NCBI GenBank assembly: GCA_963925895.1 | Contig: CAWUVH010000011.1 | Coordinates: 99,121-163,120 of the forward strand | DNA: 64,000 bases | Origin: an uncultured Burkholderiales bacterium | GTDB lineage: Bacteria > Pseudomonadota > Gammaproteobacteria > Burkholderiales > Eutrophovitaceae | Direction: 5' to 3' | Part shown: piece by piece, positions 34,251 to 44,000 of the stretch | How the letters are laid out: every line of letters starts with the position of its first letter | How positions within the stretch are numbered: position 1 is the first letter of the stretch | Position numbers and translations under genes: made by a program | Notes under the pieces: generated by a model | What the model was told of the DNA's origin: nothing | Seen by the model: the letters and a program-made list of their open reading frames with translations, nothing else | Databases searched by the model: none

Positions 34251-35450
34251 ATGTTTTGGAATTCCTTTGCTCTAGCCGTCAATGCGATAAAAAGAAATCT
34301 TCTAAGAAGTTTCCTCACGGTACTCGGAATCATCATCGGTGTTGCCGCAGTCATAACTATGGTCACTGTTGGTCGTGGGGCAACACAGTCGGTGAGCGAC
34401 CAGATTTCAGCAATGGGAACAAATCAGCTCATTGTGCGTCCTGGACAACGAAGGGGCTCGGGTGCAAATACGCCAAAATTCAAACAAAAAGATGTAGACC
34501 TAATAAAAACGCAGGTTACTGGTATAACGGGCGTAGCACCCTACTCAACCCTTTCTGCGACTGTAATATTCCAGGCGAAAAATTACACCACATTAATTAC
34601 AGGCACAACCAACGATTTTTTTACAGTTGGCAATTGGGTTTTGCAATCGGGTAGACAATTCTACGACAACGAACTCAATTCAGGCAAAGCTTCCTGCATT
34701 CTGGGAACAACTGTGAAAAACAAGTTATTTGGTAAAGAAAATCCACAAGGACAACGAATTCGCGTGAAGCAATTTACATGTGAAGTAATTGGGGTACTCG
34801 AATCAAAAGGTCAGTCCACATGGGGCACAGACCAAGACGACAAGGTGCTTATGCCGCTCAAGACTGTGCATAGACGCCTTCTGGGCAGTCTCGACATTGA
34901 AAGAATGGCCGTGAAAGTTGCAGACAGCAACAAAATCAGCATCGCGCAAACAAAAATAACCGAGCTGATAAGACAATCTAGGCGACTACCCGACAACATG
35001 GAGAATGATTTTAGAGTCTTAGATATGCGTCAGATTATCCAAACCTTAACTGGTACAACGCGGGTTTTAACGATGCTACTTGGCGCGGTTGCTGCGGTCA
35101 GCCTTCTCGTTGGTGGCATTGGGATTATGAATATTATGCTGGTGTCTGTAACAGAAAGAACAAAGGAGATTGGCATTCGGTTGGCAATTGGCGCACTCGA
35201 AAAACATGTATTGATGCAATTCCTTATCGAAGCGGTGGTGTTATCCAGTATTGGCGGTGTACTCGGTTTAATTTTAGCAGCAGGTTTATCAATATTCGGG
35301 GCAAGCCTGATGGGCGTACCCTTTATTTTCGACTTGCAAATAAATATTTTAGCTTTCTTATTCGCCGCTTCAATCGGAATATTATTTGGGTTCGTGCCTG
35401 CGCGACGAGCTGCCCGTCTCAATCCAATTGACGCTCTTCGCCACGAATAA
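34251..35450 (+). CDS. ABC transporter permease (MacB periplasmic domain plus FtsX)
   Basis: 399 aa; TM1, a large periplasmic domain, then three C-terminal TM helices with ERT.EIG.R.A.GA and the tail P.RRAA.L.PIDALR.E. Confidence 0.85.
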   Translation: MFWNSFALAVNAIKRNLLRSFLTVLGIIIGVAAVITMVTVGRGATQSVSDQISAMGTNQLIVRPGQRRGSGANTPKFKQKDVDLIKTQVTGITGVAPYSTLSATVIFQAKNYTTLITGTTNDFFTVGNWVLQSGRQFYDNELNSGKASCILGTTVKNKLFGKENPQGQRIRVKQFTCEVIGVLESKGQSTWGTDQDDKVLMPLKTVHRRLLGSLDIERMAVKVADSNKISIAQTKITELIRQSRRLPDNMENDFRVLDMRQIIQTLTGTTRVLTMLLGAVAAVSLLVGGIGIMNIMLVSVTERTKEIGIRLAIGALEKHVLMQFLIEAVVLSSIGGVLGLILAAGLSIFGASLMGVPFIFDLQINILAFLFAASIGILFGFVPARRAARLNPIDALRHE

Positions 35451-35498
35451 ACGTATGATTATGCACATTATGACAATCAAGCACATGGAATTGCCCTT

Positions 35499-36995
35499 AT
35501 GTTAACAATCGGAGTCGTTGGTGCCGGCACTATGGGTAGTGGTATCGCTCAGGTAGCTATTGCGGCTGGTGAAACAGTAAAACTTTACGATCCATTTCCT
35601 CAGGCAACCGAACGTGGTCGGGAAATGATTAAAAAGAATCTCGAATTTCTTGTGGGTAAAGACAAACTTACTAAAGACGAATCCGCCGATATGTTAGCGA
35701 GACTTTATATTGTCCAAACTACGAGAGACCTCGCAGCTTGTGACTTGGTAATTGAGGCCATTATCGAGGATGAAAATTTAAAGAAAGAACTATTTAAAGA
35801 CTTAGAAATGATCATCTCTCCTGACGCGATTCTAGCCACAAACACCTCATCAATATCAATTACTTCGCTATCAAACGGTCTGGCACGTCCGGAACGATTG
35901 GTAGGCATGCATTTCTTTAACCCAGCACCTCGCATGAAGCTTATAGAAGTGATCAAGGGACTTAGGACTTCCGAGCAGTATGTCGACTTTATTATTGAAC
36001 TAGCAAAGCGATGGGGAAAAGTCCCCGTAACGGCAAGATCTACGCCAGGGTTCATTGTGAATCGCGTAGCTAGGCCCTTCTACGGAGAAGCACTCCGGAT
36101 TCTAACGGAAGATGGAACCGACCATGCAAGCTTAGACACAGTGATGCGTGAGTGTGGTGGCTTTCCACTGGGGCCTTGTCAACTTATGGATCTTATTGGA
36201 TTGGATGTCAATCTATCCGTCACTCAATCCGTGTTTGAAGCCACAGCATTCGATCCCAGATACGCACCATCGCTTTTACAACAAGAGTTGGTTCGTGCCG
36301 GAAAAATAGGACGAAAATCGGGAGAAGGATTTTATACCTATCCGACAAATATCGTAAACCAAGAAAATAATGAGACCACCATTACTGTTGAAACAAATGC
36401 ACTAGATCTAGAATATGTCGACGGCGCTTTAATCAAACCTCTCATCGATCGATTAATTAAGTCAGGCAATCGTCTAACGGAGGTCACCACAAGCAATAAT
36501 ATACCCACGATTGCCTTAACTGATGGAAGGACTGCAACGCAACGCTCAGACGACGAATCAATTCAAAATTTAGTACTCCTTGACCTTTGTCTCAATTTTG
36601 AACTCACAAAACGTATTGCATTGGCGCATGCGGAACAATGTGCGCCACAAGCTGTTGATCAAATCGTTTGCGCCCTGCAAAGTGCAGGATGTCACGTGAC
36701 GATAATTCGAGATATCGCAGGCATGATCGTAACGCGCACCGTTGCAATGCTAGCGAATGAAGCCGCAGATTTAGTTCATCAGCGTGTATCTACACCGCAA
36801 GAAATCGACACAGCGATGACTTTAGGTACTGGCTACCCCAAAGGCCCTCTTTTGTGGGCTGACCAAATTGGCTTAAAGAATATCTCAAAAATACTGAAGA
36901 ATTTATGTGACCATTACGGGCCGTCTCGCTATCGACTATCCCCATTAATTCAGCTTAAATCTATTTCCAATCAATTATTTCATGGGTCGCCATAA
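35499..36995 (+). CDS. 3-hydroxyacyl-CoA dehydrogenase, long PaaH-like form
   Basis: 498 aa; Rossmann GVVGAGTMGSGIAQ; NTSS.SIT; HFFNPAP.MKL.EV; PGFIVNR.ARP; a duplicated C-terminal domain as in E. coli PaaH. Confidence 0.85.
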   Translation: MLTIGVVGAGTMGSGIAQVAIAAGETVKLYDPFPQATERGREMIKKNLEFLVGKDKLTKDESADMLARLYIVQTTRDLAACDLVIEAIIEDENLKKELFKDLEMIISPDAILATNTSSISITSLSNGLARPERLVGMHFFNPAPRMKLIEVIKGLRTSEQYVDFIIELAKRWGKVPVTARSTPGFIVNRVARPFYGEALRILTEDGTDHASLDTVMRECGGFPLGPCQLMDLIGLDVNLSVTQSVFEATAFDPRYAPSLLQQELVRAGKIGRKSGEGFYTYPTNIVNQENNETTITVETNALDLEYVDGALIKPLIDRLIKSGNRLTEVTTSNNIPTIALTDGRTATQRSDDESIQNLVLLDLCLNFELTKRIALAHAEQCAPQAVDQIVCALQSAGCHVTIIRDIAGMIVTRTVAMLANEAADLVHQRVSTPQEIDTAMTLGTGYPKGPLLWADQIGLKNISKILKNLCDHYGPSRYRLSPLIQLKSISNQLFHGSP

Positions 36996-39079
36996 TGTTT
37001 AAAAGACTTTACCTGTTAGGAATCTCCTTAATTATTTTTTCAATACCGTCTGTCAACGCACGCGTCACTCAATTGGAAATCACCGAGATCATATCCATTG
37101 CAGGTGGCAAACACTTCGGAGACATTGGCGCTTACGAAAAAGTATCCGGCATTGCTTACTTTGAAATTTCATCAGATCACAAAAGAAATAAAATCATTAC
37201 TGATATCGCGAGGGCAAGCATCAATGCAGATGGAAATGTTGAATTTAATGCTGAATTCGAAATATTGCGCCCGGTTGACCCATCAAAAGCAAGCGGCACT
37301 CTATTCGTTGAAGCCCCCTCCCAAGGTGAGAAACTCAGCCTGGGTCTTTTGCATGATATTGATGAAACAATAGATCTAAATTTCATTGATGAAACTACAG
37401 ATCTCGGTAACGGTTTTTTATTTGAATCAGGTCATACAGTGGCATGGATCGCTTGGCAAGCACAAATAGAAGAAATAGACCACCGGCTTGTGGTTGACTT
37501 TCCGACTGCCCTAGAAAATGATAAACCTGTCACAGGCTTCATTCTCACGGAATTTAATGGCAAGAGTTTTGAAGATCAAAACCCATACACGCTCCCCCTA
37601 TCCGGAAGAGACTTCGTCAAATCATTCCCTACGATATCTACCGATCAAGAAACAGCGAAGGCTTCACTATTTGTCATGGAAAGTGGATCAACAGACGCAA
37701 GCAGCTCTGGGGTACGTAAAGGTGAAGCAGTCCCTGCAGACCAATGGCAATTCGCGCATTGTCCCGACGGATGGCCAGGGGAACCTTCATTGACCTTCAT
37801 CTGCGTTAAAAATGGTTTTCTAAAAAATAGGAACTATCATTTGATTTACCAAGCAGTCGACTCGCCCGTCATGGGATTAGGGCTTGCAACGACGCGGGAC
37901 TTTATTTCACATCTAAGGCACGAAAATAAAGATTCATTGGGTAATCAAAACCCAACGCCTGACATCAAACACGTCATTTGTCAGGGTATCGGTCAAGCAG
38001 CTAAATACCTGCGAGATTTTCTCTACCAAGGATTCAACGTCGACCTCAACAATCAAAAAGTGTGTGATGGCATGAATATCCATGCTGCGGGAGTAGAGAA
38101 GACTTACTTGAATTATCGGTTTTCGCAACCATACAGAGTATCTACCCAACATTCTGAACGATTTATTCCAGACGTGAATTTCCCGAGACAGTATTCCGTC
38201 CGCGTTAATCCGTTTTTAAAGTTTCCTGATGGAATTTTAAAGAAACCAGCCTTTGATCCATATATTTTTCACACCGATACCTCGACTCAATATTGGCAGT
38301 CAAGAGCATCTCTGGTTAGCTCAAGTGAGGGTGGAACCATGGATTTTTCTGAATCGTCACGAGTTAGAAAGTTTCTAATATCAGGCGCAGAGAGCTACAA
38401 CCGATTCAATAGTTTGGCACACAATGGGTACGGCGAAAGACAATGTTTCTTTCCCTCAAATAACTTGCACATTGGAGCTTTAATGCGTGCTCTGTTTTCA
38501 AATTTAGAAGAATGGGTTGCCGATGGAGAGCTACCTTTGGATTCAATTTATCCAAAAATTTATGACGAAACACTAGTTGAGGCCTCGTCCATGTTCTTAC
38601 CAAGCTTAATAAAAGAAAATTTTCGTGCTGCCTTAAATGGATCTGGAGATATGGAGTTTGGCTCAAGAGTAAAATTTAACCGCGGCGTGGTGGACTTGCT
38701 CGTTCCAGAGGTGATTGCGAACCACAAGGTGTTAGTGCCAGCGGTTGATCAATTTGGTCATGATATCGCTGGCGTAAGACATCCACATATCGAAGTCCCT
38801 ATGGGGACTCATCTAGGTTGGAACCTTCGGACTACAGAATTCGGCGGCGGTGACCTCTGCGATGAAAATGGTTCCTTTATTCCACTATCACTAGATGATA
38901 GTGCGGCAATAGCAGCTAATGACTCTAGACCATCATTACTCTCAATCTACCCCGACTACATGACTTACGTTCAAAAAGTACGTGAAGCAACTGAGGCATT
39001 AGTATCTCAAAAATTATTACTTCAAAAAGATGCGGATATTTTGCTTGAAAAAGTGGTGCAAAATATGTCCATGCACTGA
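36995..39079 (+). CDS. Secreted protein of unknown function, apparent alpha/beta-hydrolase-domain family (Abhydrolase_10-like)
   Basis: 694 aa; signal peptide MFKRLYLLGISLIIFSIPSVNA. The N-terminal block G.YEK..G.AYFE.....N..I.DI......DG.VEF.A.F.ILRP.DP resembles a family I recall as Pfam Abhydrolase_10. ATG overlaps the upstream TAA (TAATG). The CDS call is solid; the function is not. Confidence 0.6.
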   Translation: MFKRLYLLGISLIIFSIPSVNARVTQLEITEIISIAGGKHFGDIGAYEKVSGIAYFEISSDHKRNKIITDIARASINADGNVEFNAEFEILRPVDPSKASGTLFVEAPSQGEKLSLGLLHDIDETIDLNFIDETTDLGNGFLFESGHTVAWIAWQAQIEEIDHRLVVDFPTALENDKPVTGFILTEFNGKSFEDQNPYTLPLSGRDFVKSFPTISTDQETAKASLFVMESGSTDASSSGVRKGEAVPADQWQFAHCPDGWPGEPSLTFICVKNGFLKNRNYHLIYQAVDSPVMGLGLATTRDFISHLRHENKDSLGNQNPTPDIKHVICQGIGQAAKYLRDFLYQGFNVDLNNQKVCDGMNIHAAGVEKTYLNYRFSQPYRVSTQHSERFIPDVNFPRQYSVRVNPFLKFPDGILKKPAFDPYIFHTDTSTQYWQSRASLVSSSEGGTMDFSESSRVRKFLISGAESYNRFNSLAHNGYGERQCFFPSNNLHIGALMRALFSNLEEWVADGELPLDSIYPKIYDETLVEASSMFLPSLIKENFRAALNGSGDMEFGSRVKFNRGVVDLLVPEVIANHKVLVPAVDQFGHDIAGVRHPHIEVPMGTHLGWNLRTTEFGGGDLCDENGSFIPLSLDDSAAIAANDSRPSLLSIYPDYMTYVQKVREATEALVSQKLLLQKDADILLEKVVQNMSMH

Positions 39080-39108
39080 ATAACTATCCAACATAGAGGC
39101 TCCATGAC

Positions 39109-39747
39109 ATGAAACAAATCCTCGTTTATTCTGATTCATTGACCTGGGGTATTATCCCAGGAACGCGCAGGCGTTTAGACTTCGATGATCGATGGACAGG
39201 TTTTATGGAGAATCTGCTTAATCAGAGTGAAGCCAAAGTTCGAGTCATTGAGAACTGTCTTAATGGAAGACGAACAGTTTGGAATGACCCCTTTTTACCA
39301 GGTCGAAAAGGCGTAGATGGCATTCAGCAAGTTATAGAAATGCATTCGCCTCTAGACTTAGTCATTCTTGCGCTAGGGACAAATGACTTCCAATCAATGC
39401 ATGACTTTAATGCATGGCATTCTGCACAGGGGATACGCACGATAGTGAATCACATAAAAACGGCTCCCGTAGAGCCTGGAATGCCTATCCCGCCTATTCT
39501 ATTAGTCACACCACCGATAATCGAGACTCCCAGAGGACCCATTGCTCCTAAATTCAAGGGTGGAGAAAATAAAATAGTAGGTTTGTCGGAGGAATATAAA
39601 AAGATCTCTGATGATCTGAAATGCCATTACTTTGATTGCTCATCCGTCACAACCGCCAGTAAAGTTGATGGCATTCACCTAGACAAAGAGCAACATCATC
39701 TTGTGGGTGCCGCGATATCAACCCTGGTTGCGTCCATCTTGAGTTAA
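39109..39747 (+). CDS. SGNH/GDSL hydrolase-acyltransferase, MsAcT-like
   Basis: 212 aa; block I ILVYSDSLTWG (Ser nucleophile), block III LGTNDF, block V DGIHL. Collinear with Mycobacterium smegmatis acyltransferase MsAcT as I recall it. No signal peptide. Confidence 0.75.
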   Translation: MKQILVYSDSLTWGIIPGTRRRLDFDDRWTGFMENLLNQSEAKVRVIENCLNGRRTVWNDPFLPGRKGVDGIQQVIEMHSPLDLVILALGTNDFQSMHDFNAWHSAQGIRTIVNHIKTAPVEPGMPIPPILLVTPPIIETPRGPIAPKFKGGENKIVGLSEEYKKISDDLKCHYFDCSSVTTASKVDGIHLDKEQHHLVGAAISTLVASILS

Positions 39748-39759
39748 TTAACTCAAGAT
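39736..39759. repeat. Perfect inverted repeat (10-bp arms, AATT loop) at a convergent gene junction
   Basis: ATCTTGAGTT-AATT-AACTCAAGAT spans the SGNH stop codon (39745-39747) and ends 8 nt before the ispF stop. No flanking T-tract on either strand. Confidence 0.6.
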
Positions 39760-39766
39760 CCGATTA

Positions 39767-40240
39767 TTACGTGGACGATAATAAAACCGAGACCATTGCA
39801 ACAATGCACTCCTCCCGGCCAACCATCCCCAAACGTTCCGAGGTCTTTGCTTTGACGTTTACCTGGTCAACACTGACACTGAGCAACTCGGCCAACACCT
39901 CACGCATATGCGCAATATACGGTGATAATTTAGGTCGCTCTGCAATAACCGTAGAGTCTACGTTGACCACTTCATATCCGGATTCACACACCATTTTATA
40001 TACCGTCGCAAGCATAACCCTACTGCCGATGCCTTCCCACTGAGGATCTGTGTCGGGGAAATGTTGGCCAATATCGCCCAGACCACATGCGCCCAGAAGC
40101 GCGTCAATCAATGCATGGATTAAAACATCCGCATCCGAATGTCCCGCCAATCCCTTCTCATGGGGAATCAGAACGCCACCAAGGATTAAGGGTCTGTCCG
40201 ACACCAAAGCGTGCACATCAAATCCCTCACCAATTCTCAT
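39767..40240 (-). CDS. ispF: 2-C-methyl-D-erythritol 2,4-cyclodiphosphate synthase
   Basis: 157 aa; MRIGEGFDVHAL, GHSDADV..HA..DA.LGA. Confidence 0.95.
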   Translation of the reverse strand: MRIGEGFDVHALVSDRPLILGGVLIPHEKGLAGHSDADVLIHALIDALLGACGLGDIGQHFPDTDPQWEGIGSRVMLATVYKMVCESGYEVVNVDSTVIAERPKLSPYIAHMREVLAELLSVSVDQVNVKAKTSERLGMVGREECIVAMVSVLLSST

Positions 40241-40974
40241 TTGTCAGCAACCTTTCTGAAAGAACGTTGTTCAAGGACTAATTGCGCACGATCAAGATCA
40301 CGTTCGTATGTGATTTTAAAGTTATCCGCCTCAGATTGAATAAGCCTCGGTTTCATGCCCAGTCGCTCTACCGCTGAGGACTCATCGGTTATTTCTTCAA
40401 AATTATTCTTACCCTCTAACGCTTCTTCGAGCGTAGCTCGCCTAAACATCTGTGGCGTCTGAGCCGACCAAAATTTTTTTCGGTCAACTGTAGAAAAGAT
40501 ATGATCACGATCATCAGATTGCTTAATGGTATCCACTAAACGACAGGCGAGTAACCCACCATCAGAGTAATTTCCGACCCCATCAATAAGACGATCAATC
40601 AATTCGGCAGTAATAAGTGGGCGAGCCGCATCATGCACGAGAATCCAATCGACGTCACGGACCTCACCACCCAGCGATCTGATGCCATTTAAAACTGTCT
40701 CTGCCCTGGTCTTGCCACCCAATGAAACAATTGTTAACTTGCTTTGATCAAGACTCTCCGTAAGGTTCTCTGCACCTGTATCGCCATCCGAAAGCACGAC
40801 AACAACGCCGTTGATTTTTTTGTGTTCAAGAAATGGTTCAATTGACCTTTGAAGCACTGACTTGCCAAGCAAATCCTCGTGCTGCTTCACGGCATTGCCT
40901 TGAGATCCGAATCTTGTACCTTTGCCTGCTGCAGGTATCACAACGAAATAAGATGGGGAAATTTTAAGTGACAA
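40237..40974 (-). CDS. ispD: 2-C-methyl-D-erythritol 4-phosphate cytidylyltransferase
   Basis: 245 aa; VIPAAGKGTRFG, VHDAARP, Q.TPQ.F; 4-nt overlap with ispF; apparent TTG start. Confidence 0.9.
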   Translation of the reverse strand: MSLKISPSYFVVIPAAGKGTRFGSQGNAVKQHEDLLGKSVLQRSIEPFLEHKKINGVVVVLSDGDTGAENLTESLDQSKLTIVSLGGKTRAETVLNGIRSLGGEVRDVDWILVHDAARPLITAELIDRLIDGVGNYSDGGLLACRLVDTIKQSDDRDHIFSTVDRKKFWSAQTPQMFRRATLEEALEGKNNFEEITDESSAVERLGMKPRLIQSEADNFKITYERDLDRAQLVLEQRSFRKVADK

Positions 40975-41073
40975 CGTTAGCTATTTGAGTCATTTGATCA
41001 ATTTATAATTTATCCGTTTATAGTTACAGACATGCTGTGACGCTAGTGCATTATAATCTATGCTTTTTAAAGC

Positions 41074-44000
41074 ATGCTTCCCTCCCTCCAGATTACCCAA
41101 AATGGGCAACGACAAACACTCAAGCTGAATTCTCGAAGTGGCCTCAGTTTGCTTATCGCAAACACTGCGACCACTCGAAAATCTCCCCTTGCTGTGATAT
41201 GCCAAAAGGCCTCGGAAGCAAATAGATTAGTTGAGGAAATTAGATTTTTCAACAAAGATCTACGCGTTCATCTCTTCCCAGATTGGGAAACTCTGCCCTT
41301 TGATACATTCTCGCCACATCAGGATCTAATTTCCCAAAGATTAGAAACCTTGTATCAAATTGATACTAAAAATATTGACGTACTGGTCGTCCCAGTTGTA
41401 ACTGCTCTTTATTATCTACCTCCTAGAGAATTTTTAAATAGTTACGTATTCTTTCTAAAAATCAAAGATACATTAGACCTAGATGATTTTAGAGAAAAGC
41501 TCCAAAGAGCGAGTTATTCTCCTGTATCACAAGTCCTCGCGCCTGGAGAGTATGCAATAAAAGGGGGGATCATTGATGTTTTCCCTATGGGCAGCGTCCT
41601 GCCATACCGAATAGATCTGTTCGATACTGAAATTGACAGCATACGAACATTCGATGTTGATACGCAAAGAAGCATCTATAAAGTTAACGAGATACGTCTA
41701 TTACCCGCAAAAGAGTTTCCTACGGATGATGCTGCAAGAACAAAATTTCGCACTAAATATCGAGAGATTGTAGAAGGTGATCCATCTAAAAGTCTAATCT
41801 ACCGAGAGATTTCTAAAGGCTCAAACCCACCCGGCATTGAATATTACCTCCCACTGTTTTTTGACGAAATTTCACCACTATTGGATTATCTCGACAATGA
41901 CTGGACCCTAATTTTAGAAGGAAATCTCGAATCTGAGATTCGTGAATTCTGGAACGATGCTGACTCGAGATATCGGCTATTAAGGGGAGAGGTTGAACGA
42001 CCGCTGTTGGATCCAGCCCGCTTATTCTTACGTGAAGCGGAATTCTTTACCGAAATCAAGAAGTTTAGCCGGCTAAAAATCAGCACATCTCAGGAACCAG
42101 ATAATTACTTTGAATCACTTCCTGATTTATCAATTAATCGTCGGCTTCAGGATCCTCTTACTAACCTGAAACACTTCTTGACTGAACATAATAAAAGCGT
42201 GGTGTTAATTGCTGACAGTCCAGGAAGAAGAGAAACACTCAAAACCCTATTTCACGACCATTCGATATCCACGGAAGATATCGATGAATGGAAGAATGAG
42301 CTGCCTAGAAATAAAAGTCTGTTCATTTCAGTTGGGCTTTTAGATCATGGATTCATTCTAAAAGACAGCTCTCTAGCCATTATTACCGAATCTGAACTCT
42401 ATCCGCAGCAAACCCGCGTCCGAAGTAAACGAGACCGCAAGACTTCGAGTGAGAATCTAGTTAGAGATTTATCTGAAATTCGTAAAGATGACCCAATCGT
42501 GCATTTGCAACATGGTATTGGTCGATATAAAGAATTAATCATGCTAGACCTGGGTGAGGGAGATACAGAGTTTCTAACCATCGAATATGCGGATGGAGAT
42601 ATTCTATACGTGCCCGTATCTCAACTTGAAATGATCAGTCGTTACTCTGGTGGGCCGCCGGAGACTGCTCCGATACATCGCTTGGGAAGTGACAAGTGGG
42701 ATAAAGCTAAAAAGAAAGCAGCAAAACAAATTAGAGATACTGCTGCAGAGCTATTGAACATTTACGCCCAGCGTGCTTCAAAACAAGGCTTAGCGAGGCG
42801 GCTGGACAAAACGGGATACGCCTCTTTCTGTGAGGACTTCCCTTTCACGGTAACGATAGATCAACATCATGCTATCGAGGACACAATTGCTGACCTTCAA
42901 TCTGACAAACCAATGGATCGGCTCATATGTGGTGACGTAGGTTTCGGAAAGACAGAAGTTGCACTGCGGGCTGCGTACGTAGCGGTAGCAGATAATGCAC
43001 AAGTAGCGGTATTAGTACCAACAACGTTGTTAGCCGAGCAGCATTTTCAGACATTTTCTGATCGTTTTGCGAATCTCCCGGTAGAAATTCGTGAACTCTC
43101 TCGCTTTAGAAGCAGAAAAGAAGTCATAGAAACAATAGATGGATTAAAAACCGGAAAAGTTGATATTGTCATAGGGACACACAAGTTATTATCAAAAGAG
43201 ATTCAGTTTGATGATCTTGGCCTAGTCATAGTGGACGAAGAACATCGTTTCGGCGTCAGGCACAAAGAAGCCTTGAAATCTCTAAGAGCAGATACAGACA
43301 TCCTAACGCTAACAGCGACACCAATACCCAGAACGCTTGCCATGAGCATGGAGGGATTACGAGATTTCTCGGTTATCACCACGCCTCCCGAAAAGAGACT
43401 ATCAATCAAAACATTTGTGATGTCTTTCAATCGCGGAATGATTAGAGAGGCGGCCCTAAGAGAACTCAAGCGCGGTGGACAAATTTATTATTTACACAAC
43501 GAAGTAGACACAATTGAAAGAGAGCTCGAAAAACTAAATGAAATTCTGCCAGAAGCTTCAATAAGAATCGCTCACGGGCAAATGCATGAGCGAGACCTAG
43601 AGTTCGTCATGCGTGATTTTTACCAGGGGAGATTTAATATCTTACTGTGCACCACGATCATTGAAACAGGAATCGATATTCCAACTGCGAATACCATCAT
43701 CATTAATCGGGCCGAAAAATTTGGCCTAGCCCAACTGCACCAGCTACGAGGTAGGGTCGGGAGATCGCACCATCAAGCCTATGCCTACCTAATGACAACT
43801 GACGGAGTTAAGTTAAAAGGTCCCGCAAAAAAGAGGCTTGAAGCGATACAACTCATGGAAGATCTTGGATCTGGATTTTTCCTTGCCATGCACGATCTTG
43901 AAATACGAGGAGCTGGCGAAGTACTCGGAGACTCGCAAAGCGGCGACCTACAAGAAATCGGTTTTCAACTTTATGTGGACATGCTTGACCGAGCCGTGCA

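Noticed and set aside
34256-34654. A 132-aa ORF in another frame at the 5' end of the permease gene.
   Set aside because: It is basic and Cys/His-rich, which is characteristic of an out-of-frame reading. The permease frame has the expected TM1 plus periplasmic-domain architecture.
27136-39766. The accessory block as a genomic island or mobile element.
   Set aside because: There is no integrase, transposase or flanking direct repeats. The only tRNA (6489-6575) is 20 kb away. The boundaries are ordinary intergenic spacers next to folD and ispF. Horizontal origin remains possible but mobility is unsupported.
40975-41255. Three small ORFs (40990-41205, 41037-41225, 41067-41255) in and around the ispD-mfd divergent region.
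   Set aside because: They overlap each other and the well-supported mfd N-terminus. The real intergenic space is only 99 bp and looks like a divergent promoter region (CATTATAAT at about 41048-41056).
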